DNA of 44,346 nucleotides from contig JAZDIV010000122.1 of NCBI GenBank assembly GCA_043804695.1, positions 1 through 44,346 of the forward strand. Reading direction: 5' to 3'. The position numbers and the translations under genes are program-made. This DNA comes from PVC group bacterium (GTDB taxonomy: Bacteria; Auribacterota; Erginobacteria; Erginobacterales; Erginobacteraceae). Positions within the stretch are counted from its first letter, which is position 1. Each line of letters begins with the position of its first letter. Below, piece by piece: positions 8,622 through 18,095 of this stretch. The notes under the pieces are model-generated. The model did not search any database. It had not been told where the DNA came from and saw nothing but the letters and a program-made list of their open reading frames with translations.

Positions 8622-9692
8622 CTATTTCAGCCACGGTTCAATATACTGTTTTAACTTGTCTTTCAGGGAGATGGAGCGGAACTCCTTCAGCCGCCGGAAC
8701 TGTCCCTCGACGATCATCCGCCGGAAAGCGTCGTCGTCGCAGAGAAGCGCCGCCATCTCGGCGATCGCGGGGGAGCTCTTCTCCCTGACCAGGACCCCGG
8801 CGCCGTTCAGCGTGTCGGGAACCGCTCCCCCCGCGTAGGCCAGGACCGGAATGCCGAAATGCATCGCCTCCATCAGCGGCATGCAGAACCCCTCGTGCTC
8901 GCTGAGGCAGAGATAAACGGACGCCAGGCGGTAGTAGGCGAGGAGTTCGGAATTGGTGACATGCCCGGTGAAGACGACATCCTTGAGGTCAAGTTCCTGG
9001 ATAATCGCTCTCAGGTAACGGAGATAGGTTTCGCTCCCCCTGGTGAACCCGACCAGGAATAGTTTCGATGCCGGCTGGAGCAGGTTCTTGTAATAATAAA
9101 AGACCCGGAGCAGATCCTCGAATTTCTTATTGGGGACGAGCCGCCCGACAAAAAGAAGATTGCCGCGGGAGCCATGGTGGGTGAGGAGGACTTTCCGGGA
9201 GGGCGTCTCGTCCAGTGTCGACCAGTTGTTGGTGAGGGGCACGACGCCGGTCCGGGCAAAACCGGCCCCCTCCAGCTCCCGGCGGTTATACTCGGAGACC
9301 CCGAGGGCCAGCTCGGTGACTTTCGCCAGCTCTTTCAGCTGCTCCCGCCCTTCCCGCAGGAAGGCGGCGGTCTCCGGGAGGATGACATCGTAGTATTTCG
9401 CGGGTGTTATGTTGTGGTAGATGATCACCCTTCTATCGGGGACGGCCCGGAAGTAATTAGTTGCGTCGGAGCCGATCGAGAAGTGGTAGATCAGGATATT
9501 ATCGGGTGAGCTGAGTCCCGCATGCTCGCTGACCGGCCGGCAGAGATGGCGCGCCCGGTCATCGGTGTTTTCCGGGCGGACGAAGATATCGGACTGGCAC
9601 CCCCAGCTCTGGAAAAGCTTTTTCAGCTCCAGGGCGTAGTTGCTGATCGCGTCCCCGGGCATGAACCCGGCCAGTATCTGGTCAATTCTCAT
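8622..9692 (-). CDS. GT4-family glycosyltransferase
   Basis: LFVGRLVPNKKFEDL and SEHEGFCMPLMEAM (EX7E); paralogue of 13854 and 14999. Confidence 0.92.
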   Translation of the reverse strand: MRIDQILAGFMPGDAISNYALELKKLFQSWGCQSDIFVRPENTDDRARHLCRPVSEHAGLSSPDNILIYHFSIGSDATNYFRAVPDRRVIIYHNITPAKYYDVILPETAAFLREGREQLKELAKVTELALGVSEYNRRELEGAGFARTGVVPLTNNWSTLDETPSRKVLLTHHGSRGNLLFVGRLVPNKKFEDLLRVFYYYKNLLQPASKLFLVGFTRGSETYLRYLRAIIQELDLKDVVFTGHVTNSELLAYYRLASVYLCLSEHEGFCMPLMEAMHFGIPVLAYAGGAVPDTLNGAGVLVREKSSPAIAEMAALLCDDDAFRRMIVEGQFRRLKEFRSISLKDKLKQYIEPWLK

Positions 9693-9744
9693 TGTGCGAA
9701 ACCAGGCATTACGCGAATTATCCCCGGCCTTTCTTCGAGAGGTA

Positions 9745-9785
9745 GATCGGACAGATCAGTCGGATCGGACGGATCAGTCGGATCA
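9745..9785. repeat. GATC-rich 9-bp-period tandem repeat (family also at 11644-11684 and 20331-20369)
   Basis: GATCGGACA GATCAGTCG GATCGGACG GATCAGTCG GATC. Confidence 0.75.
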
Positions 9786-9807
9786 TTCAACATCGGACAT
9801 TCTGCAT

Positions 9808-11031
9808 TCAGTGTTCCTCACTTCTTCTATTGAAGCAGGCTTTCAACCCCTCTTCCAGTTTGTCCAGGATCTGGCCCCAGGCATAATTGTATTCCACGTA
9901 CCGCCGGCCGTTCTCTCCCATCCGCCGGGCCTGGGCGGGATAATCGAGCAGGTACAGCAGGCATTCCTCAAACTCGAAGTAATCCCGGAAGTAGAGTCCT
10001 CCCCCCGATCGGAGACAGTGATCGCGGGTGACCGGACAAAAGTCGTTGACCAGGGCCGGTTTCCCCTCCAGCCAGGACTCCAGGAGCACGATCGAGAAGC
10101 TCTCGTTGGTGGACGGCTGGCAAAAGGCAAATGCCCCGGCATACGCGTCCCGTTTATCCTCCCCGGAAACGTACCCGGCATCGAGAATCCACCGGCGGTC
10201 ATCGCCTCTCAGGGCCACCTCCCCGGTCCCCAGGAGACAGAGTCTGAGGTCAGTCCCCCGGTGCCGTTTGAAGAGGCGGAAGTACTCGATCAGGAGCGGC
10301 GTGTTCTTCCCGCCCTCCCGGCGCCCGGCGTAGAGAAGATAGGGGGAGTCGATCCCGTACTTCTCCCGGAAACGGTCCGGCTGCGGCTTTTTTGCCGGCG
10401 GCTCGATCCCCATCCCGACCACCCGGCATCGCTCCCGGGGAAGAGAGAAGATCCGGTCCGCCAGCCGCCGTTCCGGCTCGCTGTTGAAGAATATCCCCGC
10501 CGCGGAAGAAAAGAGATCCCGGAAGATTTTCAGGTAGGCGTACGGCTCATCGTGCAGGCAGGGGACCAGGATCGATCTCCCGGGGGCCGCCGGCATCCCC
10601 CGGTAGGTGACCCCGAAAAGATAGGGGGCGAAGATGAAACAGTCGAACCGGGTCCGGTTTTGCTCGATGAAACCGCGGAGCGGCTCGCTCCAGGCGACCG
10701 CGTCGATCCACTCCTCTTCCTGTCCCCTGGTCAGCGGTTCCCCGTGGATGATTCTCCCGCCGTAAAAGTCCTGCTTCTCCCGGTTGCGGGAAGTGATCTC
10801 GAAGCGGTGGACCGGGATCCCATTGATCATTTCCTCCCCGGGAGGGAGCTCATTCTTCCAGGTCGAGTGATCCCGGGCGCAGGTGGTCAGGACCTCGGAG
10901 TGGTGCCCGCGCTCTTTCATCCTTTCCGCCCAGCTCTGAATCAGGGCCTCGGCGCCCCCCGCCGCCGCGGCGGCGTAGCGCGGGCAGACGTAGACGATGC
11001 GCAGGGGACGGTTTGTAATGGCAGAACTCAT
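9808..11031 (-). CDS. GT4-family glycosyltransferase
   Basis: PRY...GGAE N-terminus, LYAGRREGGKN, PSTNESFSIVLLESW (EX7E). Confidence 0.92.
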   Translation of the reverse strand: MSSAITNRPLRIVYVCPRYAAAAAGGAEALIQSWAERMKERGHHSEVLTTCARDHSTWKNELPPGEEMINGIPVHRFEITSRNREKQDFYGGRIIHGEPLTRGQEEEWIDAVAWSEPLRGFIEQNRTRFDCFIFAPYLFGVTYRGMPAAPGRSILVPCLHDEPYAYLKIFRDLFSSAAGIFFNSEPERRLADRIFSLPRERCRVVGMGIEPPAKKPQPDRFREKYGIDSPYLLYAGRREGGKNTPLLIEYFRLFKRHRGTDLRLCLLGTGEVALRGDDRRWILDAGYVSGEDKRDAYAGAFAFCQPSTNESFSIVLLESWLEGKPALVNDFCPVTRDHCLRSGGGLYFRDYFEFEECLLYLLDYPAQARRMGENGRRYVEYNYAWGQILDKLEEGLKACFNRRSEEH

Positions 11032-11075
11032 AAGTAATGATTATCAAGCTCGATAATTGAAGTAAAACATAATGA

Positions 11076-11166
11076 AGTGATGGAGTACTGGAGTGGTGGA
11101 GTGGTGGAGTGGTGGAGTGGTGGGAGGCCGGCCCACTACTCCATTACTCCACTACCCCATCACTCC
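11076..11166. repeat. Inverted array of 8-bp tandem repeats (TGGAGTGG...CCACTACT) around GAGGCCGGCCC
   Basis: About six TGGAGTRN units, central 11124-11134, then about four complementary units. Confidence 0.75.
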
Positions 11167-11171
11167 GGTCT

Positions 11172-11600
11172 TTAGTCCTTTATCTTCTCTTCCAGGGCGG
11201 CCAGTCTTCTCTCGTACTTGGCGTCCAGACCCTGGACGATGCCGGCCATGCGGGCGTTGAAGTCCTTCTGCTGGGAGAAGAGGCGGAAGGTGTAAAACTT
11301 CATGAGCTTCCAGATGATCTTCTTCAGCCAGACCACCGGGCGCCCGACCAGGAAGGTCTTGCTGAAAATCTCGAAATCGCCCAAATCGACGTCCGCCGCC
11401 CGGCGGATTGTCTTCAGGTAATAATCGAGGTAGGCGTCGTCGCTCCTCAGGTTGTCCATCTCGAGCGCGGTCGCCGCGGAGAGGTTATACCGGCTGTATT
11501 CTCCCCTCCGCCGTTTCTCCTCGACCCGCTCCCGGATCCGGGCCATGATCTCCTCGACGTCAATCCCGGGCGTCTTGATTTCAAACGTTTCAGGCATCAT
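11172..11600 (-). CDS. Small helical/coiled-coil hypothetical protein
   Basis: AGGAG RBS upstream; IDVEEIMARIRERV...QQKDFNA pattern shared with 16189-16554. Confidence 0.75.
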   Translation of the reverse strand: MMPETFEIKTPGIDVEEIMARIRERVEEKRRRGEYSRYNLSAATALEMDNLRSDDAYLDYYLKTIRRAADVDLGDFEIFSKTFLVGRPVVWLKKIIWKLMKFYTFRLFSQQKDFNARMAGIVQGLDAKYERRLAALEEKIKD

Positions 11601-11643
11601 ATATCTCCTTCGTTCTCCCCCGCATCGCCCCCTTTTTTAGATA

Positions 11644-11684
11644 CCGATCAGACGGATCGGTCGGATCCGACGGATCAGACTGAT
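11644..11684. repeat. GATC-rich 9-bp tandem repeat
   Basis: GATCAGACG GATCGGTCG GATCCGACG GATCAGACT GAT. Confidence 0.7.
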
Positions 11685-11693
11685 GTTGGACGT

Positions 11694-12896
11694 TCATTCT
11701 TTTTCTTTTATTCCCCACTCCACCGGGATGCTGAATACCCCTTCCCCGCGAAAAGTCGAGAGAACGGTGAAAGGGTAGAAATACTCCTGCCGATGGTAGT
11801 TGGTCAGGTGATCCGGGGAATGGATGGAGAGGGAAAGGTAGTAATCCCCGGTCAGCAGCGGCAGTGAAGTAAGACGAAAACTCATTTTTCCGGCTCCTTC
11901 CACGGCCGGGACCCGGCAGCCGCCCATCTGGGTGTTGCTCCCGAAGCAGAGCACCCGGTCGGCGCCGTGGATGGCGAAGCCGAAGACGGGATCCTCGACT
12001 TTCTCCCGGGCGAAAAAGTCGACCGTGACCACCAGGTCGTCGCCGGCCTTGAGGTTCCGGGTCTCCCCGCCCCGGCCGTCGGAGAGGGTGACCCCGCGGA
12101 TCTCCACTTCCCGGCTTCCCCACTCATGGGTGACGCCCAAGCCGGCCCCCCCCTTCACGAGCTGGGTCTGGACGTCCTCGATGTACCGGTTGATGACCCG
12201 GTCGGTCGAGCCCTGCTCGATCACCCGACCCTCCCGGAGGTAGACGACCTGATCGCAGAAGTTCCGGATCACGTTCATGTCGTGGGAGACGACGACGATC
12301 GTTTTCCCCTCCGACTTGAACTCCCGCATCCGCTCGCCGCTCTTCTTCTGGAAGGCCTCGTCCCCCACCGCCAGGACCTCGTCGACCAGCAGGACGTCCG
12401 GGTCGGCGGCGACCGCCACCGAGAAGCCGAGCCGGACGGCCATCCCCGAGGAGTAAAAGCGAAGAGGAGTCTCGATGAAATGGCCCAGGCCGGAGAAGGC
12501 CACGATCCGGTCGAACTTCTCCTCGATCAGCGCCCGGGGGATCCCCATGATGGCGGCGTTGAGGTGGATATTCTCCCTCCCGGTCAGGTCGGGATGGAAG
12601 CCCGCCCCCAGTTCCAGCAGGCAGCTGACCCGCCCCCGCACGTCGAGAGATCCAGCGGTGGGAACCATGGTCCGGGCCAGGATTGAGAGGAGCGTCGTCT
12701 TTCCCGAACCGTTGGGCCCGATCACGCCGACCGCCGCGCCTTTCCCGATCGAGAAGGTGACCCCCCGGAGGGCCCAGAAGTCGTCCCGGGTCTCCCGGTG
12801 TAAAATCCGGTCGATGACGGTCGACTTCAGGGACTGGCCCCGGGCGTGGCGAAGCCGGAATTTCTTGCCCAGGTTGGCGACTTGAATCACATTCAT
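11694..12896 (-). CDS. wzt: Polysaccharide ABC exporter ATP-binding subunit with C-terminal carbohydrate-binding (Wzt_C) domain
   Basis: Walker A GPNGSGKTT, GAGFHPDLTGREN, YSSGMAVRLGF, LVDEVLAVGD, plus a ~150-aa beta-rich C-terminal extension. Confidence 0.95.
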   Translation of the reverse strand: MNVIQVANLGKKFRLRHARGQSLKSTVIDRILHRETRDDFWALRGVTFSIGKGAAVGVIGPNGSGKTTLLSILARTMVPTAGSLDVRGRVSCLLELGAGFHPDLTGRENIHLNAAIMGIPRALIEEKFDRIVAFSGLGHFIETPLRFYSSGMAVRLGFSVAVAADPDVLLVDEVLAVGDEAFQKKSGERMREFKSEGKTIVVVSHDMNVIRNFCDQVVYLREGRVIEQGSTDRVINRYIEDVQTQLVKGGAGLGVTHEWGSREVEIRGVTLSDGRGGETRNLKAGDDLVVTVDFFAREKVEDPVFGFAIHGADRVLCFGSNTQMGGCRVPAVEGAGKMSFRLTSLPLLTGDYYLSLSIHSPDHLTNYHRQEYFYPFTVLSTFRGEGVFSIPVEWGIKEKE

Positions 12897-12922
12897 ATTA
12901 AAATTTTTCCTTTGGAAAAATT

Positions 12923-13729
12923 TTATAGCTCGTCGGCAAAATACGGTTCCTTTTTCAAAAAGACCGCCGTGCCGGCGATCAGGATGACCGGCGAAAAGAG
13001 GAGCGAGAGATAAAAACAGGGGGTGGCCGGAAGGGAAACCCCGAGAAACGCGTGGCGGTAAAAGGTCAGAATCGAGGCCATCGGGTTCAAAATGTAGAGG
13101 TTGAAGATCCAGGGGCCGACGGCCGACGTCTTCTCCCGCACGACATCGAGGGGGTACATGACCGGGCTGAGAAAAAACCAGGCCAGGAGAATGATCGACA
13201 TGACATGCTCGATGTCCTTGAAGTAGACATTCAGGCAGGAGAAAAAGTTGGAGAGGCCCAGGATCAGGGCGGTCTGGAAAAGAATGATCAGCGGCAGGAG
13301 GAGGAGACCGGGGCCGGTCCGGAGCTGATAGCCGAAAGCGATGACATAGACGATCAGAAAAGCGGCCAGGACGGCCAGCGAGAGGAGGAAGTTAACCAGG
13401 TTGGCCAGGACCATCGAGAGGGGAAAAACGTACTTCGGGGAGTAGGTCCGCTTGATCAGGGACGGGTAGCCGGTGACGGCGTTGACCGAATCGGACAGGC
13501 ACATGACGAAGAACTGCCAGGCCAGGATCCCGATCAGGAGCTGCGGGAGGTCGATCGGCACCTTGAGGAGGGAGATAAAGACGAAGTAGATCGCCATCAT
13601 GAAGAGGGGGTTGATCATCGTCCAGAGGAAACCGAGGGCGGACCCCTTGTAACGGATCCGCAAATTGCGGAGAACCAGATTCCGGATCAGGTCCTTCCAG
13701 TCCCCTATCCTGGCCAGTTCTTCAAACAT
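12923..13729 (-). CDS. wzm: Polysaccharide ABC exporter permease
   Basis: RYKGSALGFLWTMINP, SPVMYP, LNPM motifs; adjacent to wzt; start set at ATG 13729. Confidence 0.95.
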   Translation of the reverse strand: MFEELARIGDWKDLIRNLVLRNLRIRYKGSALGFLWTMINPLFMMAIYFVFISLLKVPIDLPQLLIGILAWQFFVMCLSDSVNAVTGYPSLIKRTYSPKYVFPLSMVLANLVNFLLSLAVLAAFLIVYVIAFGYQLRTGPGLLLLPLIILFQTALILGLSNFFSCLNVYFKDIEHVMSIILLAWFFLSPVMYPLDVVREKTSAVGPWIFNLYILNPMASILTFYRHAFLGVSLPATPCFYLSLLFSPVILIAGTAVFLKKEPYFADEL

Positions 13730-13853
13730 GATCAAAGGGAGCGCCTCCGGCGCGCAATGTGACATTAAAATCCCGAGACAGAAACTGAAACTCACCGGGG
13801 TGACCGGCAAACAGCATCATACCGGAGCGCTGGCGGAAATCAAATGAGTTTTC

Positions 13854-14939
13854 CTATCCCGCCAGACGCCCGATCACCCGGTCCCACCGCTCCCGGTAAG
13901 GGAACTTTTGAAAATACTCGAGGCGGCGGGTCTGGGCCGCGAGAATCTTCTCCCGGAGGAGATCGCCGGTCAGAATCCGGTGCACCAGGGCGGCGATCTC
14001 GACCGGGCGCTTCTCCGTCACCAGGACCCCGGCGCCGGAGAGCGTCGAGGGGACGGCTCCGGCTTCAAAGGCCACGACCGGGATCCGGTAAAAGAGAGAC
14101 TCCACCAGTGGCACCCCCAGGCCCTCGTGCTCGCTCATGCAGAGAAAAAGCGCCGAGAGGCGGTAGTAGCTCCGCAGCGCCGCCGCGCTGACCTTGCCGG
14201 TGAAGACCACGTCCCGGAGATCGAGATCGGCGGCCAGCTTCCGGAGGGCCCGGGTATAGAGGGGGAACTGCCGGTCCTCCCCGACCAGGAAGAGGCGGGA
14301 GGCGGGATTAAAATATTTCCGGTAATAATAAAATATCCGGATCAGGTCCTCCTGCTTCTTGTTGGGGGCGATTCGCCCCACGAAGAGCAGATTGGTCCGG
14401 CCGTCCCGATACCCGGCCGGAATCGATTCGTCGATCGGACCGTTCAACCGCTTCCAGTCGAAGATCAGGGGAATGACCTCCGGTTCCGGGTATCCCAGCT
14501 CGACCAGCTCCCGGGCGTTGAAGGGGGAATCGGCCATCGCCGCCGAGACCGTCCCCGCCATCGCCTCCAGCTGGCGCCGGGCCTGGTGGGCCAGGTAAGC
14601 CACTTCCCGGTCCCAGGGGGCGAAGAACCGGGCCGGAGTGATGTTGTGGTGAATAATGATTTTTTTGTCCGGGCAGCGGACAAAATAGTCGGCCAGCGGG
14701 GAGCCGATCGCGGTGTGGAAGATCAGGATCTGGTCCGGACTGCTGAAGCGGCGGTGTTCCCGGCAGGGGAGGGTTCCCGCGGCGTCGCCGGCCCTGGTTT
14801 CATAAACGAAGATCCGGGAGTCGAGCCCCTTTTCCCTGAGGAAATCCTGCAGGTTGAGGGCGTAGTTGCCGATCGCGTCCTCCGTCTCAACCACCGGCAC
14901 CAGCTGGTGAACCCCCGGCTTCAGCACATGCAGTCTCAT
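13854..14939 (-). CDS. GT4-family glycosyltransferase
   Basis: HHNITPARFF, LFVGRIAPNKKQEDL, SEHEGLGVPLVES. Confidence 0.92.
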   Translation of the reverse strand: MRLHVLKPGVHQLVPVVETEDAIGNYALNLQDFLREKGLDSRIFVYETRAGDAAGTLPCREHRRFSSPDQILIFHTAIGSPLADYFVRCPDKKIIIHHNITPARFFAPWDREVAYLAHQARRQLEAMAGTVSAAMADSPFNARELVELGYPEPEVIPLIFDWKRLNGPIDESIPAGYRDGRTNLLFVGRIAPNKKQEDLIRIFYYYRKYFNPASRLFLVGEDRQFPLYTRALRKLAADLDLRDVVFTGKVSAAALRSYYRLSALFLCMSEHEGLGVPLVESLFYRIPVVAFEAGAVPSTLSGAGVLVTEKRPVEIAALVHRILTGDLLREKILAAQTRRLEYFQKFPYRERWDRVIGRLAG

Positions 14940-14998
14940 GACAGATTCCGTCCCGGCTCCGGCTTGACCGGAAACCGTATCTCATTGAAATATAATCG

Positions 14999-16087
14999 TT
15001 ACAGAAGATCGCGGAGGCAATGCCGCAGACGGCCTTCGTAGTCGTATCGCCCGATCTCCGCCAGCCTCCTGTCCTGTCCGGCCAGGAGTTTCGCCTTCAG
15101 TTCGGTGTCGATCAGGACCCGGTTCAGGAGGGCGGCGATCTCGAGCGGCCTCTTCTCATTCAAGATAACGCCGGCCCCGCCGAGAGTCTCCGGGACCGCG
15201 CCGGCAGCGTATGCCACGACCGGGATCCGATAATAAAAACTCTCCAGCAGGGGCAGACAGAAGCCCTCATGCTCGCTCAGGCAGAGAAAAAGGTCGGCCG
15301 ACCGGTAGTAAGCGCGGAGTTCTTCCAGGGAGACTGTGCCGGTGATGATGACATTCTCCAGGGCGAGATCCCGGACCCGTCCATCGAGGAAACGGCGGTA
15401 TTCCGGAAAGTTGTCGGGTCCGACCAGGATGAGGCGCGAGTCGGGCCGATAGAGCCTCTGAAAATAAGAAAAGGCCAGGAGGATATCCTCCTGCCTCTTG
15501 TTGGGAGCCAGCCGCCCCACGAAGAGAATGGTCGAAACTTCATCTTCCCCGTATCTCCGGAGCACGCCCGGGTCGGCAGATCCCTCCAACCGAGTCGGGT
15601 CGAGAGGAAAGGGAAAAAGTTCGACCCGGGAAAAACCGAGAACAAGAAGTTCGTGGGCATTAAATGATGAATCGGCCAGGGCCAGGTCGCAGGTGGGGAT
15701 AAAGCCGGGGAGCCCTCTTCTTCCCTTCCGGCATTCCAGGTAGGTAAAAAGATCAAAGCCGAAAAAGAAGCGGGCGGGGGTGATGTTGTGGTAGATCAGA
15801 ATCTGCTTCCGGGCCGACCGGCGAAAGAGTTCGCCGACCGGGGAATTGATCGAAGCGTGATAAAGAAGGAGATCGGAGGGTGAATCCCCTTTCAAAAGAG
15901 ATTGGGCGGGAAGGATGCCGCTCTGCCGCCCCGGAACCGCGGTCCCGGCAAAAATTTCCGAACGGTATCCCCACCGTCTGAAGATTTTACGGAGGAGGAG
16001 GGCCAGATGCCCCTGGGCGTCGGTCGCGTCAAAGACGCTCAGCAGCTGGTGGATGGCCCTTTTTTCTTCTTGTCCACGGATTGACAC
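14999..16087 (-). CDS. GT4-family glycosyltransferase
   Basis: YHNITPARFF, LFVGRLAPNKRQEDI, SEHEGFCLPLLES. Confidence 0.92.
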   Translation of the reverse strand: MSIRGQEEKRAIHQLLSVFDATDAQGHLALLLRKIFRRWGYRSEIFAGTAVPGRQSGILPAQSLLKGDSPSDLLLYHASINSPVGELFRRSARKQILIYHNITPARFFFGFDLFTYLECRKGRRGLPGFIPTCDLALADSSFNAHELLVLGFSRVELFPFPLDPTRLEGSADPGVLRRYGEDEVSTILFVGRLAPNKRQEDILLAFSYFQRLYRPDSRLILVGPDNFPEYRRFLDGRVRDLALENVIITGTVSLEELRAYYRSADLFLCLSEHEGFCLPLLESFYYRIPVVAYAAGAVPETLGGAGVILNEKRPLEIAALLNRVLIDTELKAKLLAGQDRRLAEIGRYDYEGRLRHCLRDLL

Positions 16088-16188
16088 GAATAACCTGACC
16101 CGGCTTCTGTCCTGCTAGGCCCAAATTAAGCGAACTGTTATAAATATTACTGTCTTTCTATCGAAATAAAAGTTCGCTTAATTTAGGA

Positions 16189-16554
16189 CTATTCCCTGTT
16201 CTTTTCCTTCTCCAGGGTCTGAATCCGCTCTTCCTGCTTTTTTAGAATTTCCAGAATCAGTGAGTTGAAGATGTACTGGGGCTTCAATAATCCCCGGATC
16301 AGTTTTCCGGCCAGAGGAAGCAACGGCTTCAGGATCGGCCGGCGGCGGACCAGGGTTTCGGTGTCCCAGCCGGCGGCGTAAGCCTCCGCTATCTCGAGGA
16401 GGGCTGTTAAATCATCGGGCGTCCGCGGAATGGCATCGACTTTTAGAGGTGCGGCCATGCCGGGCGCGGCGAGGCGGCGCTTCATCTCGCTCTCGATCTC
16501 TCTCTCAAGAGCTTCCGCGTCGATATCGTTCTGCTCTATCTTCAGCCAGCTCAT
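16189..16554 (-). CDS. Small helical/coiled-coil hypothetical protein
   Basis: GGAGG RBS; distant similarity to 11172-11600 (IDAEALEREI...PQYIFNS). Confidence 0.75.
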   Translation of the reverse strand: MSWLKIEQNDIDAEALEREIESEMKRRLAAPGMAAPLKVDAIPRTPDDLTALLEIAEAYAAGWDTETLVRRRPILKPLLPLAGKLIRGLLKPQYIFNSLILEILKKQEERIQTLEKEKNRE

Positions 16555-16580
16555 TGTAAAATTCTTCCTCCGGAATAACT

Positions 16581-16847
16581 TTAATCCACCTCGATGTTAA
16601 AGGGGGAATGAGGGAGAGCCGGACCGGTTTCCCGCTCCCGGCGCAGGTTCTCCAGAGCGGAGTCCGTCAGCCAGGCGTCGATAACTGATTTTTTAAATCG
16701 CAGGGTCGAGCCGATCCGGCTGGCGGGGATGGACCTCTTCTTCACGTGCCGGTAAACGACCTGCTTGTGAAGCTGCAGATACTCGGCGACCTGGTCGATG
16801 GTCATCACTTCCGGAGGTGTTGTTGATGTATGTTGTTTCTCATTCAT
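16581..16847 (-). CDS. Excisionase-like (HTH_17) DNA-binding protein
   Basis: VMTIDQVAEYLQLHKQVVYRHVKKRSIPASRIGSTLRFKKSVIDAWL. Confidence 0.85.
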   Translation of the reverse strand: MNEKQHTSTTPPEVMTIDQVAEYLQLHKQVVYRHVKKRSIPASRIGSTLRFKKSVIDAWLTDSALENLRRERETGPALPHSPFNIEVD

Positions 16848-17001
16848 AATTAGACCCGATTCAAAATCGTTAAGCAAATAACATTAAATGGTTCTCTTCC
16901 ATTTTGTGTGGGGAATTCAAATAATCTGATGCTCTTACATATCTTGATGGTTAGCTTGGTTTGTTAATGACTAAATAAATTCCAATTTGAGAACCTGCTC
17001 T

Positions 17002-17769
17002 TTATCCCTGTATGATCTTCAGAACCTCGCCGGTTATGGTCTTCGCCAGCAGATCCTCGTCCATCTCACACCCGCTCGGGCCGTCTTTTTCGGGGACGGC
17101 GCAGACACAGTGCAGGATACTGCCGGTGAGGCCGGCCTTTTCCCGGACCTCCATCAACCTCTCGACCTGCTCCCGGCTGAGAACCCTGACCCGCCCCAGC
17201 GTTTTCGCGGCCAGGATAATCCTCGCGGTGTGTTCCAGTTTCTCCAGCTTGTAGTAGGCGTCGGTAAGACCGCGCCCAACCGTCAGAGTTCCGTGGCGGT
17301 CGAGGATCATGGCATCGCAACGGCCGATGTAATCCCGGATCACCCGGGGCGGTTCATCGGTGGTCGGGGTCCCGTAGGCGGTGGTCGGGATGGCGCCGAG
17401 CGTGAAGACGACCTCGGGCAGAACGCAGCGGTCGAGACCTTCGCCGGCCACGGAGAACGCGGTGCAAAGCGGAGGGTGGCCGTGAACGATCGCCCGGACG
17501 TCTTCTCTCTGCCGGTAGACCTCGAGGTGCAGCCGGTACTCCGAGGTCGGTTTCATCCCCGACGAACGGGGGCGTCCCTCGCCATCGATCAAGACCAGGT
17601 CGGAAGCTTTCAGAAAGCCGAGGCAGCTGCCGCTGGGGGTGATCAGAATCTCGTTTTCGCTGCAACGGAAGCTCAGGTTGCCGTCGGTGGCCGCGACCAG
17701 CTCCTTTTCGTACATCCGGCGCCCGATCTCCACCATTTCCTTGCGGACTGCGAATTCGCTGCTCATCAT
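17002..17769 (-). CDS. Class II aldolase/adducin-family protein (fuculose/rhamnulose-phosphate aldolase-like) with C-terminal encapsulation peptide
   Basis: DGNLS, ITPSG, PTSE...H, VHGHP and HG zinc-ligand motifs; amphipathic tail DEDLLAKTITGEVLKII. Confidence 0.9.
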   Translation of the reverse strand: MMSSEFAVRKEMVEIGRRMYEKELVAATDGNLSFRCSENEILITPSGSCLGFLKASDLVLIDGEGRPRSSGMKPTSEYRLHLEVYRQREDVRAIVHGHPPLCTAFSVAGEGLDRCVLPEVVFTLGAIPTTAYGTPTTDEPPRVIRDYIGRCDAMILDRHGTLTVGRGLTDAYYKLEKLEHTARIILAAKTLGRVRVLSREQVERLMEVREKAGLTGSILHCVCAVPEKDGPSGCEMDEDLLAKTITGEVLKIIQG

Positions 17770-18095
17770 TTTTACAGGTGATGTGGTTATTTATTTTTCC
17801 CCGCCTCGGCCCCATTTTTAACAGACGATTGAATAGGATTGAATAGGAGTTGCCCCGCCCCGGCCCCTTGATCGTTTGCGCGCTCGCTGAAGCTACAGCG
17901 AAAACTGGTTATTTGGGTTTTGACATTCCTTCGGATTTCGTCCTTCGGATTTCGTCATTCCCACATCCCTCTACCTCGGCCCCAGTTGCAAACGGCGAAT
18001 CTTTCTAATCTTCACAAATTTTTTCTCAGTCCCGGCCTGTTAATCACATTCGACGTTCGACCTTGAACGTTTATAAAATTTTTCAAAGAAAAATT

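Noticed and set aside
9640..11037. Long antisense ORFs (also 13908-15041, 16987-17781, 29566-30684, 31990-33078, 35978-37504)
   Set aside because: They are shadows of well-supported genes on the opposite strand in GC-rich DNA and show no recognisable motifs.
9745..11684. Short periodic repeats as a possible CRISPR array
   Set aside because: Units are 8-9 bp and contiguous, with no unique spacers and no cas genes.
16581..16847. Prophage or ICE suggested by the excisionase-like gene
   Set aside because: No integrase, att duplication, tRNA target, or phage/conjugation genes nearby.
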